Assembly: GCA_024638845.1 (NCBI GenBank)
Contig: JAHEJN010000007.1
Span: 6,610 to 70,609, forward strand
From: Acidimicrobiales bacterium
Lineage (GTDB): Bacteria > Actinomycetota > Acidimicrobiia > Acidimicrobiales > JAHEJN01
Length of the DNA: 64,000 nucleotides
Direction: 5' to 3'
Under the pieces are notes generated by a model, which saw only the letters and a program-made list of their open reading frames with translations, was not told the origin of the DNA and made no database searches. Each line of letters begins with the position of its first letter. The first letter of the stretch is position 1. The position numbers were made by a program, and so were the translations under genes. Below, one piece after another: positions 24,956 to 33,017 of the stretch.

Positions 24956-25519
24956 ATGGAAGTCACGATCAGCAGCCGTAACACCGAGGTGAGCGAGCAG
25001 CTAGAGAGCGTGACACGAGAGAAGATCGGGCGACTCGACCGCCTGCTCGAAGGACTCGAACGGGCCAACGTGCACTTCAGCGAGGAGAGGAATCCGAGGA
25101 TCTCCGAAAAGGAGGTGTGCGAGGTGAACCTCGAGGGCCGGGGGCACCACGTTCGGTGCAAGGTGCAGGCTCGAGACGGATTCGTCGCCGTCGATCGCGC
25201 GGTGGCCAAGCTCGAGAAGCAGCTTCGCAAGGTGAAGACCAAGAGCGTCAACCACAAGCACGGCGGAACCAAGCACGCGCCAACCGTGCCCCTGTACACA
25301 CCGGAGCAGGCTCGGCGGATACCGCTGGCCGAGCGCGAGCCGGCGGTGGTGAAGGTCAAGGAGTTCGAGATCAACGCCATGAGTGCGCAGGAAGCGATCT
25401 TCCACCTCGACCTCGTCGATCACGACTTCTACGTGTTCGTGAACGTCGACACCGGTCGCCCCGCAGTCCTGTACCGCCGGAGCGACGGCGACTTCGGTCT
25501 CATCAACGCCGAGGCCTGA
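24956..25519 (+). CDS. hpf: Ribosome hibernation promoting factor (long form)
   Basis: MEVTISSRNTEVSEQL..., and a C-terminal dimerisation domain (FEINAMSAQEAIFHLDLVDHDFYVFVN). Confidence 0.88.
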   Translation: MEVTISSRNTEVSEQLESVTREKIGRLDRLLEGLERANVHFSEERNPRISEKEVCEVNLEGRGHHVRCKVQARDGFVAVDRAVAKLEKQLRKVKTKSVNHKHGGTKHAPTVPLYTPEQARRIPLAEREPAVVKVKEFEINAMSAQEAIFHLDLVDHDFYVFVNVDTGRPAVLYRRSDGDFGLINAEA

Positions 25520-25528
25520 GGGCGGTCT

Positions 25529-26269
25529 TCAGCCCGTCACCACGATCTCGAACCAGGCGCGGAACGGCTCGCCCGGCTGCACCACCAGTGGTCGTGTGTT
25601 CAGTGCGTTGGGCGGGCCACTCTGCGGCTCGAGACACACCGCATGCTCGGGGTGGTCATAGACCACCCAGTGGTCACACGACGACCGCAGCTCGATCGTG
25701 CCGAGGCCGGGCCAGGTGAGTCGTGGTGGCATGGCCAGTTCGACGAAGCAGTTGTCCCACGGTGGCGCCGAGGGCGACACGAGGTGCCCGGTGGGGATCG
25801 CGTGGGAATCGATCTCGACCATCCTTCCGGGCGCCACGACCAGCTCGACCTCGGCGGTGTCGTCGACCTCGACGGTGCGGCGAAACCACGGGTGCCAACC
25901 GAGCTGGACCGGCATGGGAACCATCGACTCGACGGTGAGCTCGAAGCGGACTCGATCGAAGCCGAGGTCGAACGTGTGCGTCACCCGGCCACCGAAAGGC
26001 CACGGATCGCCGAGCAGCAGTACGACGGTGCGATCGTCGACCTTGCTCCAGGTCGACGTGTAGCCGGTGCCGTGGATGGCGTGGGTCTCGATGTCGATCG
26101 GGAAGCGATGCACCGTTCCGCGGAAGTCGAGCTCGCCGCGGTCGAGGCGTCCGGCCCACGGCACCATCGGGTACGCGCCCCAGCTCAACGCCGTCGCGGC
26201 ATCGGTGATCAACAGCTCGACGCCGTCGAGACGCAGCGACGCCACCCGCCCGCCGTCGGTCGACAACAC
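25529..26269 (-). CDS. Aldose 1-epimerase family protein
   Basis: GAYPMVPWAGRL, HAIHGTGY and GWHPWF are mutarotase-like. The start may lie further upstream. Confidence 0.65.
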   Translation of the reverse strand: MLSTDGGRVASLRLDGVELLITDAATALSWGAYPMVPWAGRLDRGELDFRGTVHRFPIDIETHAIHGTGYTSTWSKVDDRTVVLLLGDPWPFGGRVTHTFDLGFDRVRFELTVESMVPMPVQLGWHPWFRRTVEVDDTAEVELVVAPGRMVEIDSHAIPTGHLVSPSAPPWDNCFVELAMPPRLTWPGLGTIELRSSCDHWVVYDHPEHAVCLEPQSGPPNALNTRPLVVQPGEPFRAWFEIVVTG

Positions 26270-26292
26270 GACGGCGAAACGCGAGGTGATGT

Positions 26293-26559
26293 TCAGGTCC
26301 CGTACCGGGGGACGTCGGGTCCGACCAGGGCGGCGAAGAGGCCGAGCACCTCACCCGGCTCGGCGTGACGGCCCGTCTCGTGCTTGGAGTAGAGCATCTC
26401 ACCGTCGACCATCACGTCGAACACGCCCTTGTCGCCGGTCACTACGGTGAGGTCGTCGATCACGTGCTGGTAGTTCGACAACAGATCATTGACCGCGCTC
26501 ACGGCGCGAGACGAATAATCTCACGGCACGCAGTAGGTGAGTTCGATTCGGTAAGTCAT
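26293..26559 (-). CDS. SelW/Rdx-family selenoprotein (in-frame UGA = Sec at 26521-26523)
   Basis: ATG at 26559 reads MTYRIELTYCVP-TGA-DYSSRAVSAVNDLL... in the same frame as track ORF 26293..26502. This restores the CxxU redox motif. The downstream GVFDVMVDGEMLYSKHETGRH parallels SelW (FEVMVAGKLIHSKKKGDGY). Confidence 0.7.
26485..26519 (-). promoter_or_regulatory. Candidate bacterial SECIS hairpin
   Basis: On the mRNA, 1 nt after the UGA: lower stem AUUAUU/AAUGAU, an internal loop, upper stem CGCGC/GCGCG and apical loop CGUGA. The loop contains GU and begins 17 nt after the UGA. Confidence 0.5.
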
Positions 26560-26628
26560 CCGGCCAAGCTACCGTGCGTCGGGCGCGTGAGCGCGCGCTA
26601 CGAACCCCATCGATCAGAAAGACCTCTC

Positions 26629-27129
26629 ATGGCCCAAATCACCCTCGGCGGCAATCCGGTTCACACGAACGGCGCTCTGCCATCGGTCGGATCCGCCGCC
26701 CCCGACTTCATGGTCACCAAGAGCGATCTCAGTGCCGTCACCAAGGATGACCTCGCCGGCCAGCGGGTCGTTCTGAACATCTTTCCCAGCATCGACACGC
26801 CGACCTGCGCCACGAGCGTGCGTACGTTCAACCAGCGAGCGTCGGAGGTCGACAACACCGTCGTGTTGTGCGTGTCGGCGGATCTGCCCTTCGCGGCCGG
26901 GCGTTTCTGTGGCGCCGAAGGGATCGAGAACGTCGCCACCGGTTCGACGTTCAAGAACCCCGAGACCCTGACCGACTACGGCGTTCTGATCGAGGACGGC
27001 AAGCTCCAGGGCCTGGCGGCTCGAGCGGTCGTCGTCATCGACGAGGGTGGCACGGTGATCCACACCGAGCTCGTACCCGAGATCGCCAGCGAACCCGACT
27101 ACGACGCGGCGTTGAGCGCGCTCAGCTGA
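26629..27129 (+). CDS. tpx: Thiol peroxidase (atypical 2-Cys peroxiredoxin)
   Basis: ATG at 26629 (MAQITLGGNPV). Peroxidatic Cys in FPSIDTPTC and resolving Cys in VVLCVSADLPFA. Confidence 0.9.
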   Translation: MAQITLGGNPVHTNGALPSVGSAAPDFMVTKSDLSAVTKDDLAGQRVVLNIFPSIDTPTCATSVRTFNQRASEVDNTVVLCVSADLPFAAGRFCGAEGIENVATGSTFKNPETLTDYGVLIEDGKLQGLAARAVVVIDEGGTVIHTELVPEIASEPDYDAALSALS

Positions 27130-27200
27130 GTCTGCGTGGGTGACTCTGAGCGCGCTCGGCTGAGTCTGCGTGGGTGACTCTGAGCGCGCTCAGCTGAGTC
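27113..27200. repeat. 2.6 copies of a 34-bp tandem repeat with embedded palindromes, spanning two convergent stop codons
   Basis: Copies at 27113-46, 27147-80 (one A>G change) and 27181-200 (partial). The unit is tgagcgcgctcagctgagtctgcgtgggtgactc, containing the palindromes gagcgcgctc and ctcagctgag. Confidence 0.9.
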
Positions 27201-28506
27201 CGTCGACCTGGGTGACCCGGACGGCGCCGAAGGTGGCGGCGCCGTCCCCGTCCCAGTCGCCGACGACGATCCCATCGTCGAACAAGCCGAACTCGTAGTC
27301 GAACTCGGCCGGGCCGGCGACGAGGGTGTTGGAGACGAAGTTGGTGGTGCCGCGGCGTACCGCGAAGGAGTCGCTTCCGTCGCCGTCGAAGTCGCCGACG
27401 TACACCCGGTCGGCGGCCTGTCCGTAGCCGAACGTCACATCGGCGACTCCGGTGGTGTTGGAGTTGCGCACGAAGAACTCGTTGCCGCGGCGTACGGCGA
27501 AGGTGTCGCAACCGTCGCTGTCCCAGTCGCCGACGAACACCTCGTCGGCGGCTCGTCCGTAGCCGAGCACGACATCGGCGTTGCCCGACGCGACGGTGTT
27601 CTTCAGGTAGAAGACATTGCCGCGTCGCACCGCAAGGGTGTCGTCGCCATCGCAGTCCCAGTCGCCGACGAGCAGCTGATCGGTGGCCTTGCCGTAGGAG
27701 ATCGAACCCAGCGGCGCGCCGCTCGATGTCAGCAGCTCGAAGATGTTCGCCGAGCGATTCCCGAGATCGGCCGACCCATCGCCGTCGAAGTCGCCGGCGA
27801 CAACCGCGCTGCCCAACGTCGAGAACGAGACGCTGGCCTGGAGGTCCGCCGAGTGCGAGTTGGCCAGATGCACGGAGGTGACCGCCTGGGGTGGGGGTAC
27901 CGAACCATCGCAGTTCGTCGAGATCACCCGAGGCGAGATCGCCGGGTCGACGTTTCGGGTCGAGATCCCCCACTCGTAGGGCACCACCACGCCGTCGAAG
28001 ACGATCTCGACCGGCACGCCGTTGTGACTGATCCCGACATGGAGATGAGCCCCCACCGCGTTCCCGCTGTCGCCGATGAGCCCGATCATCTGACCTTGGC
28101 TCACCGCGCCGCTCACCGCAGAGCCCTCTATCAGGTGGAGGTACGTGCTCGTCCACCCTCCACCGTGATCGATGGTGACCCCCCAGCCGGCGCTGGGGCC
28201 GTAGCTGACGGTGGCGGTGCCGGCGGCGACGGCAAGCGCAGGTGCGCCGAGCTCGTCACCGCCGGGTCCACCGGCGCTGCCGTAGTTCGGCCACTCGGGA
28301 CCGTACCCGTGGAAGTCGATGGCGGGCACGTGCCCGGCACGACTGGCCGGGTACATGGTCTTGCCGCACTCCCATGGTGCGAGGAACAAGGGTTGTCCGT
28401 CGGCGCCTCCAGCCGTACCGCCGGTTGTGGTCACGAGGATGGAGGTGAGCAGAGCGATCGCGACGGTCAGACGTGCGACCATCGGACGCTTGCGTGTACA
28501 GGGCAT
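27190..28506 (-). CDS. Secreted M23 metallopeptidase fused to FG-GAP/VCBS-like repeats
   Basis: A signal/TM segment is followed by M23 motifs (HxxxD-like region, GLIGDSGNAVGAHLH). Four or five repeats of the type VGDWDxDGxDTFAVRRGN follow. Confidence 0.75.
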   Translation of the reverse strand: MPCTRKRPMVARLTVAIALLTSILVTTTGGTAGGADGQPLFLAPWECGKTMYPASRAGHVPAIDFHGYGPEWPNYGSAGGPGGDELGAPALAVAAGTATVSYGPSAGWGVTIDHGGGWTSTYLHLIEGSAVSGAVSQGQMIGLIGDSGNAVGAHLHVGISHNGVPVEIVFDGVVVPYEWGISTRNVDPAISPRVISTNCDGSVPPPQAVTSVHLANSHSADLQASVSFSTLGSAVVAGDFDGDGSADLGNRSANIFELLTSSGAPLGSISYGKATDQLLVGDWDCDGDDTLAVRRGNVFYLKNTVASGNADVVLGYGRAADEVFVGDWDSDGCDTFAVRRGNEFFVRNSNTTGVADVTFGYGQAADRVYVGDFDGDGSDSFAVRRGTTNFVSNTLVAGPAEFDYEFGLFDDGIVVGDWDGDGAATFGAVRVTQVDGLS

Positions 28507-28619
28507 ACGGTTACTCCAGGTCGGCCAGCGCCCGCTGGCGTCATGACGAACGGATCAGGGTACCGACCGCTGGCCGAACGTCGACGTGTCGAATTTAGCC
28601 GCTCGTACACTCGACATCC

Positions 28620-28991
28620 ATGAGCCGTCCGCCCCTGCTTCGCATCGACGTGCGAGGACCCGGTCACCACGACCGCGCCGAGGTGGCGGCCTCGCTGATC
28701 CCCGGCCTGTGCCGACTCGGCTCGGTGGTCGTCGAGTCGACGCTTCGTCCCCGCCTGGCCGCCGACGTCGAGGCGCTGCTCGATGCGGGGGCCACCGGAG
28801 TGGTGCTCGACGGTCCCGCGTCACGAGGGTCGTTTCGCGCCGGTCACGATGCCGCGGAGTCGACCGAGCCCGACATCGTGGTGCGGCTCATCGCGGATTC
28901 TGGCCCCTGTCGAGCCGAGATCGTCGAAGGTCACGCCGAGGTTCGAGCCGCAGCCGTGGCCGTGATCGCGGCTGCGACGCCCGATGGGTGA
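28620..28991 (+). CDS. Hypothetical protein
   Basis: The only coherent ORF in this interval. No recognisable motifs. Weak call. Confidence 0.3.
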   Translation: MSRPPLLRIDVRGPGHHDRAEVAASLIPGLCRLGSVVVESTLRPRLAADVEALLDAGATGVVLDGPASRGSFRAGHDAAESTEPDIVVRLIADSGPCRAEIVEGHAEVRAAAVAVIAAATPDG

Positions 28992-29514
28992 GCCGCCGCC
29001 GACCTTCGATGCCCTGGCGGGCGCCGTCGGCGCGGCCGACATCGAGCCACCGATACTGGCTCGGGCGATTCGCCCCGCAGGTCGTGCGGGCCGCAGTCTC
29101 GCCGTCGGATTCGAGCTGACCGGTCGGTTGTACGAGCTCGCCGACGACCACGCTCGCGGGGAGGTCCGCCTTCCCCGTGGCGACATCGAACGGTTCGGGA
29201 GCGATCTGCTCGAGACATCACCGGGCGGGCGTCCGGAATCGGGGCCGCTTTGTCGCCTCGTGCGGTTCGAGGTCGAGCGGGCCCACGGCCTTCTCGATGC
29301 ATCGATCACGGTCATCGGGCCGTTGCCGCTCGGTGATCGACTGCGGGTCAGCTGGCTCGTGGGCGACGCCCGCGCCCGGTTGCAGGCCATTGCCCGCCAT
29401 CCCGATGTGTTCTCGACGCCGCCGAAGCCCTGGGCGATGAGCAAGGCGCTCGGCGCCTTCCGCACCCTCCGGCGGGCCCATCATCGACGCAGCGCCCGGC
29501 CCCGGGTCGGGTAG
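28984..29514 (+). CDS. Squalene/phytoene-synthase-like protein, C-terminal half only
   Basis: LADDHARGEVRLPRGDIERFG resembles the second conserved region of SQS/PSY (DxxxDxxxGRxYLPxxxLxxFG). The first Asp-rich region and the N-terminal helices are absent. Confidence 0.4.
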   Translation: MGEPPPTFDALAGAVGAADIEPPILARAIRPAGRAGRSLAVGFELTGRLYELADDHARGEVRLPRGDIERFGSDLLETSPGGRPESGPLCRLVRFEVERAHGLLDASITVIGPLPLGDRLRVSWLVGDARARLQAIARHPDVFSTPPKPWAMSKALGAFRTLRRAHHRRSARPRVG

Positions 29515-29524
29515 CGTCGCCGGC

Positions 29525-30556
29525 GTGACCTCGCCGTCGCTCCCGCCGTCGCCATCACCGCCCGTTCTCGAACAGGCTCGCGAGCTCGTCGAACCAGCTC
29601 TGCGGGCGGCGGTCGCCAACCTCGATTTCGAGCTCCGACTGCCCGCCGACTACCACTTCGGGTGGGCGAGCGCCGACGGTGCCGCCGCCGAACACGCAAG
29701 CGGCAAGGGGGTCCGTTCCGCCCTCGCCCTGCTCGGTGCCCAGGCCGCCGGGGCCGACCAGTCGATCGCCGTACCTGTCGGAGTGGCGGTCGAGCTGGTG
29801 CACAACTTCTCCCTGGTGCACGACGACATCATCGACGGAGACGTCGAGCGCCGGCACCGGCCGACGGTCTGGACGCAGTTCTCCACCGGTGACGCCATCA
29901 TCGTGGGTGATGCGCTGCACACCCTCGCTTTCCAGGTGCTGTTGGAGAACCCCCATCCGGCCAGCGCAGCCGTGGCTCGGCGTCTCGGCCGGGCGACCGC
30001 AGCCATGATCCGCGGTCAGTCGAACGACATGGGTTTCGCCAACCGCACCGGGGTGACCATCGACGACTGCATCGCCATGGAGGCCGACAAGACGGGAGCG
30101 TTGCTGGCCTTCGGAGTGGCCGGCGGGGCAACCATGGCCGGCGCACCCGCGCCGGTGGTGTCGGGGTTGCACGACTTCGGCGTCGAGCTCGGCATCGCCT
30201 TCCAGGCCCACGACGACATCCTCGGCGTGTGGGGTGAGCCGGCGGCGACGGGCAAAGCGGCGGGCAACGATCTTCGCGAGCGGAAGCGCTCGATGCCCGT
30301 GGTGTTGGCGCTCTCGGCGGGGGGACGCCATGCCGAGCGGCTGCAGGCGTTGTTCGCTCGCGACGAGATCCACGACGAGGCGGTGGCCGAAGGGATCGCC
30401 ATCCTCGACGACGCCGGCGCCCGGGCGGCCACCGCTCGGATCGCGAGCGAGCACCTCCAGGCCGCCACCGCCATGCTCGACACCATCGAGATCCGAAGCG
30501 ATGCCCGCGACGAGCTGATCTCGTTGGCTCGCTTCGTGGTCGACCGCGATCACTGA
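29525..30556 (+). CDS. Polyprenyl diphosphate synthase (GGPP-synthase-like)
   Basis: First DDxxD in LVHDDIIDGDVERRHRPTVW and second in FQAHDDILGVWG. Confidence 0.85.
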   Translation: MTSPSLPPSPSPPVLEQARELVEPALRAAVANLDFELRLPADYHFGWASADGAAAEHASGKGVRSALALLGAQAAGADQSIAVPVGVAVELVHNFSLVHDDIIDGDVERRHRPTVWTQFSTGDAIIVGDALHTLAFQVLLENPHPASAAVARRLGRATAAMIRGQSNDMGFANRTGVTIDDCIAMEADKTGALLAFGVAGGATMAGAPAPVVSGLHDFGVELGIAFQAHDDILGVWGEPAATGKAAGNDLRERKRSMPVVLALSAGGRHAERLQALFARDEIHDEAVAEGIAILDDAGARAATARIASEHLQAATAMLDTIEIRSDARDELISLARFVVDRDH

Positions 30557-30574
30557 GCCCAGGGTCCTACGCTC

Positions 30575-31990
30575 GTGGCGATGCGATCCCGATGCATGGC
30601 GGTGCTCGTCGCCCTCTTGGTTCTCGCGGCTTCGTGCTCCTCTTCGGGTCCCGACGAGGCAACTCCCGAGAGTGGTCCGGCGGCCGATGCCGGTCAGGAG
30701 GCGGAGTTTCTGGAGGCGCCGGCGGAGTCCGATCCCGATGCCTCGGCAACCGACACCGACCCCGCGCCCGAGCTGTATCCCGACGACGCGATCATCATCG
30801 GGGTCATCTCGGACCGGACCGGCTTGATGAAGGATCTCGACGGTCCGGCGCTCGAGGCCGCGCGGGTCCAGGTCGCGCGGGTCAACGAGCGGGGTGGCGT
30901 GCTCGGGCGTCCGCTCGTGTTGGCCGAGTTCGACTCGCGGTCCCAGCTCAACGCGTCGTTCCAGGCGGCCAACGAGTTGGTGAGTGACGGCGCCGAGCTG
31001 TTCCTCGTCACCTGCGACTATCAGTTCGCCAAACCGGCGATCGAGGTGGCCACCGAGGCCGACAGGCTGGTGTTGTCGCCGTGCGGCGGTACCGCCGAAT
31101 GGGGGAACCCGGCGGTCGGGGGGCGCAACGTCTTCTCCTTCGCGATGCCATCGGCCGCCGAGGGTGTGCTCATGGCCGACTACGTGGTGGAGCGCTACGG
31201 AACCACGGTCACGATGATCATCGACTCGACCGACCCCGACGCGCAGGCACAGTGTGCGGCCTTCGAGGAGACCTTCCGGGCTGCCGGCGGGGGCTTCCGA
31301 GGTCGGCTGGAGGTCGACGTCGAATCGGCCCCCGACCTCGAGGAGAACGTCGCCTCACTCGTCCGGACGTCGTTCGAGCTTCCCACGGCAGTGGTGTTGT
31401 GCGCCGGCACGACCGTCGGCCAGGACGTGGTGTTGTTCCTGCGTCGTTCCGGCCTCGAGGCACCCATCGTTGCCGGTTCGACCATGGACGGCGACGATTG
31501 GATCGTGAACGTCGAGCGCACCGGCGAGATGGTTGTGTTGTCGTATGCCTCGACGTTCGGGGACGATCCCGATCCGGCGGTCGACCAGCTCTTCGAGGAG
31601 ATCGAGGTCTTCACGGGCGAGCCACCCGATCAGGGGCGGCCGGTCACCGGCGCCGATGCGATCGAGGCGTTCGCGCTGGCCGCCGAGCGGGCCGGCTCGC
31701 TCGACCTCGAGTCGCTCATCGCCGAGCTCGAGTCCTTCGACGGCCAGAAGCTGGTTGCCGGCACGGTCACCTTCACGAGCACGGCCCATCTGAGCTCTCG
31801 GGCCATGAGGCTCCTTCGCATCGAGGATCGGTTGCCTCGCTTCGTCGAGATGATCGAGATCGGCGCCGACGAGGTCGTTCCCGAACCCGAGCCGACGCCC
31901 GAAACCGAGGCCACGCCCGAAACCGAGGCAACGCCCGAAACCGAGGCAACGCCCGAAACCGACGCAACGCCCACAGCCGAGGGTCAGTAG
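30575..31990 (+). CDS. ABC transporter substrate-binding lipoprotein (type I PBP, Leu/Ile/Val-binding-like) with a C-terminal PETEAT repeat tail
   Basis: Lipobox LAASCSS, an acidic linker, then a PBP1 body (IIIGVISDRTG..., NERGGVLGRPL). Confidence 0.7.
   Translation: MAMRSRCMAVLVALLVLAASCSSSGPDEATPESGPAADAGQEAEFLEAPAESDPDASATDTDPAPELYPDDAIIIGVISDRTGLMKDLDGPALEAARVQVARVNERGGVLGRPLVLAEFDSRSQLNASFQAANELVSDGAELFLVTCDYQFAKPAIEVATEADRLVLSPCGGTAEWGNPAVGGRNVFSFAMPSAAEGVLMADYVVERYGTTVTMIIDSTDPDAQAQCAAFEETFRAAGGGFRGRLEVDVESAPDLEENVASLVRTSFELPTAVVLCAGTTVGQDVVLFLRRSGLEAPIVAGSTMDGDDWIVNVERTGEMVVLSYASTFGDDPDPAVDQLFEEIEVFTGEPPDQGRPVTGADAIEAFALAAERAGSLDLESLIAELESFDGQKLVAGTVTFTSTAHLSSRAMRLLRIEDRLPRFVEMIEIGADEVVPEPEPTPETEATPETEATPETEATPETDATPTAEGQ
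31895..31972 (+). repeat. 18-bp in-frame tandem repeat (4.3 copies) encoding (TPETEA)n
   Basis: acgcccgaaaccgaggc[ca] repeated; seen directly in the sequence. Confidence 0.9.
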
Positions 31991-32937
31991 CCCAGGTCGG
32001 GGTAGACCGGCCCGAGCAGCTCGTTGCCGGCGAGGTAACGAGCCACGTTGGCTCGGACTCGGCGGGCGAGGAGTCGAATTCCCATCTCCGGGGTGTTCCC
32101 GACGTGAGGGGTGAGGAGGCAGTTGCCGATCGTCCACAGCGGATGGCCGTCGGGGAGTGGTTCGGGATCGGTGACGTCGAGGCACGCCCCGCCGATCGAC
32201 CCCGCCTCGAGTGCTTCGACCAGCTCGTGGGTCACGACGTGCGCGCCCCTTGCCACATTGACCAGCCAGGCGTGGTCGCTCATCGTGGCGAGCTCGGAGC
32301 GGCCGATGATGCCGGTGGTCGCAGGCGTGAGGGCCAGTGCGAGCACGACACCGTCGGCGGTCCCGAGGGCGTCGCGCAGGCCATCGGTGGTGACGACGCG
32401 AGTGGCGCCATCGAGAGGTATGTCGCGATTGCGCACCACGCTGATGTCGCACTCGAACGGGGCCAGCAGAGGCAGGAGGTGCTCGGTGATGCCACCGCCA
32501 CCCAGGATCGTCAGACGTGCGCCGCGGAGCTCGGTTCCGATGGGGCGCCCCCAGGACGTGGCCCGACCGAAGGTGACCAGCCCGCGAAAACCGGCCAACA
32601 ACATGGCGAGGGCCATCTCGGCGACGGGCTCCGCGTAGATGCCCTTGCCGCACGTCCAGGTGCGCCCGTCGCCGACGAGATCGAGGTAGGGCTCGATTCC
32701 GGCGTAGGGCAGCTGCACCCAGTCGATCTGGGGGTTCTCGGCCAGTATCGGTGCCAGCTTCTCGGGGGTCTGGGGATCGGCCCAGATCAGGCCGGTCGCC
32801 GAGCTCGGCTCGGTCACGGTTGCGCCGGCCGACTCGGCCGCGGCGACGAGATCGTCCCGACGCCACGAGCTGGGTTCGACCGCGATGTTCGTGGGGGTCA
32901 TGGCGCCCAGGTTCGCGCGGCGAGGAAGCAGGGGCAC
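31984..32937 (-). CDS. D-isomer-specific 2-hydroxyacid dehydrogenase family protein
   Basis: LTILGGGGITEHL NAD loop, NVARGAHV and LDVTDPEPLPDGHPLW. Its stop overlaps the convergent SBP gene by 7 nt. The start may be the internal MTPTNIAV. Confidence 0.8.
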   Translation of the reverse strand: MPLLPRRANLGAMTPTNIAVEPSSWRRDDLVAAAESAGATVTEPSSATGLIWADPQTPEKLAPILAENPQIDWVQLPYAGIEPYLDLVGDGRTWTCGKGIYAEPVAEMALAMLLAGFRGLVTFGRATSWGRPIGTELRGARLTILGGGGITEHLLPLLAPFECDISVVRNRDIPLDGATRVVTTDGLRDALGTADGVVLALALTPATTGIIGRSELATMSDHAWLVNVARGAHVVTHELVEALEAGSIGGACLDVTDPEPLPDGHPLWTIGNCLLTPHVGNTPEMGIRLLARRVRANVARYLAGNELLGPVYPDLGY

Positions 32938-33017
32938 GTCGACCGCGGCCGGCCCGAGCGGCGCGAGAAGCCGTGCGTATCTGCCTCGACTTTATCAACT
33001 TCTGCTAATCTGACGGC

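Noticed and set aside
26521-26523. Reading the TGA as a genuine stop, with the SelW-like gene starting at GTG 26502.
   Set aside because: That model discards an in-frame upstream ATG and the beta1-CxxU motif that defines the family. It would also leave a protein with no redox-active residue. I kept it as the alternative, to be excluded by checking for Sec machinery.
26581-26598. GC palindrome gggcgcgtgagcgcgcgc in the selW-tpx intergenic region, which resembles the SECIS upper stem.
   Set aside because: It lies outside the coding region and upstream of both genes. Short GCGC palindromes are expected by chance at this GC content.
27113-27200. Whether the 34-bp tandem repeat, or the 18-bp (31895-31972) and 12-bp (56458-56578) repeats, could be CRISPR arrays.
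   Set aside because: The copies are directly adjacent with no unique spacers. Two of the three lie in frame inside coding regions, and there are no cas genes in the window.
27122-28156. 344-aa minus-strand ORF overlapping the M23/FG-GAP gene in another frame.
   Set aside because: It is Arg/Gly-rich with no motifs. The other frame carries the M23 and repeat signatures.
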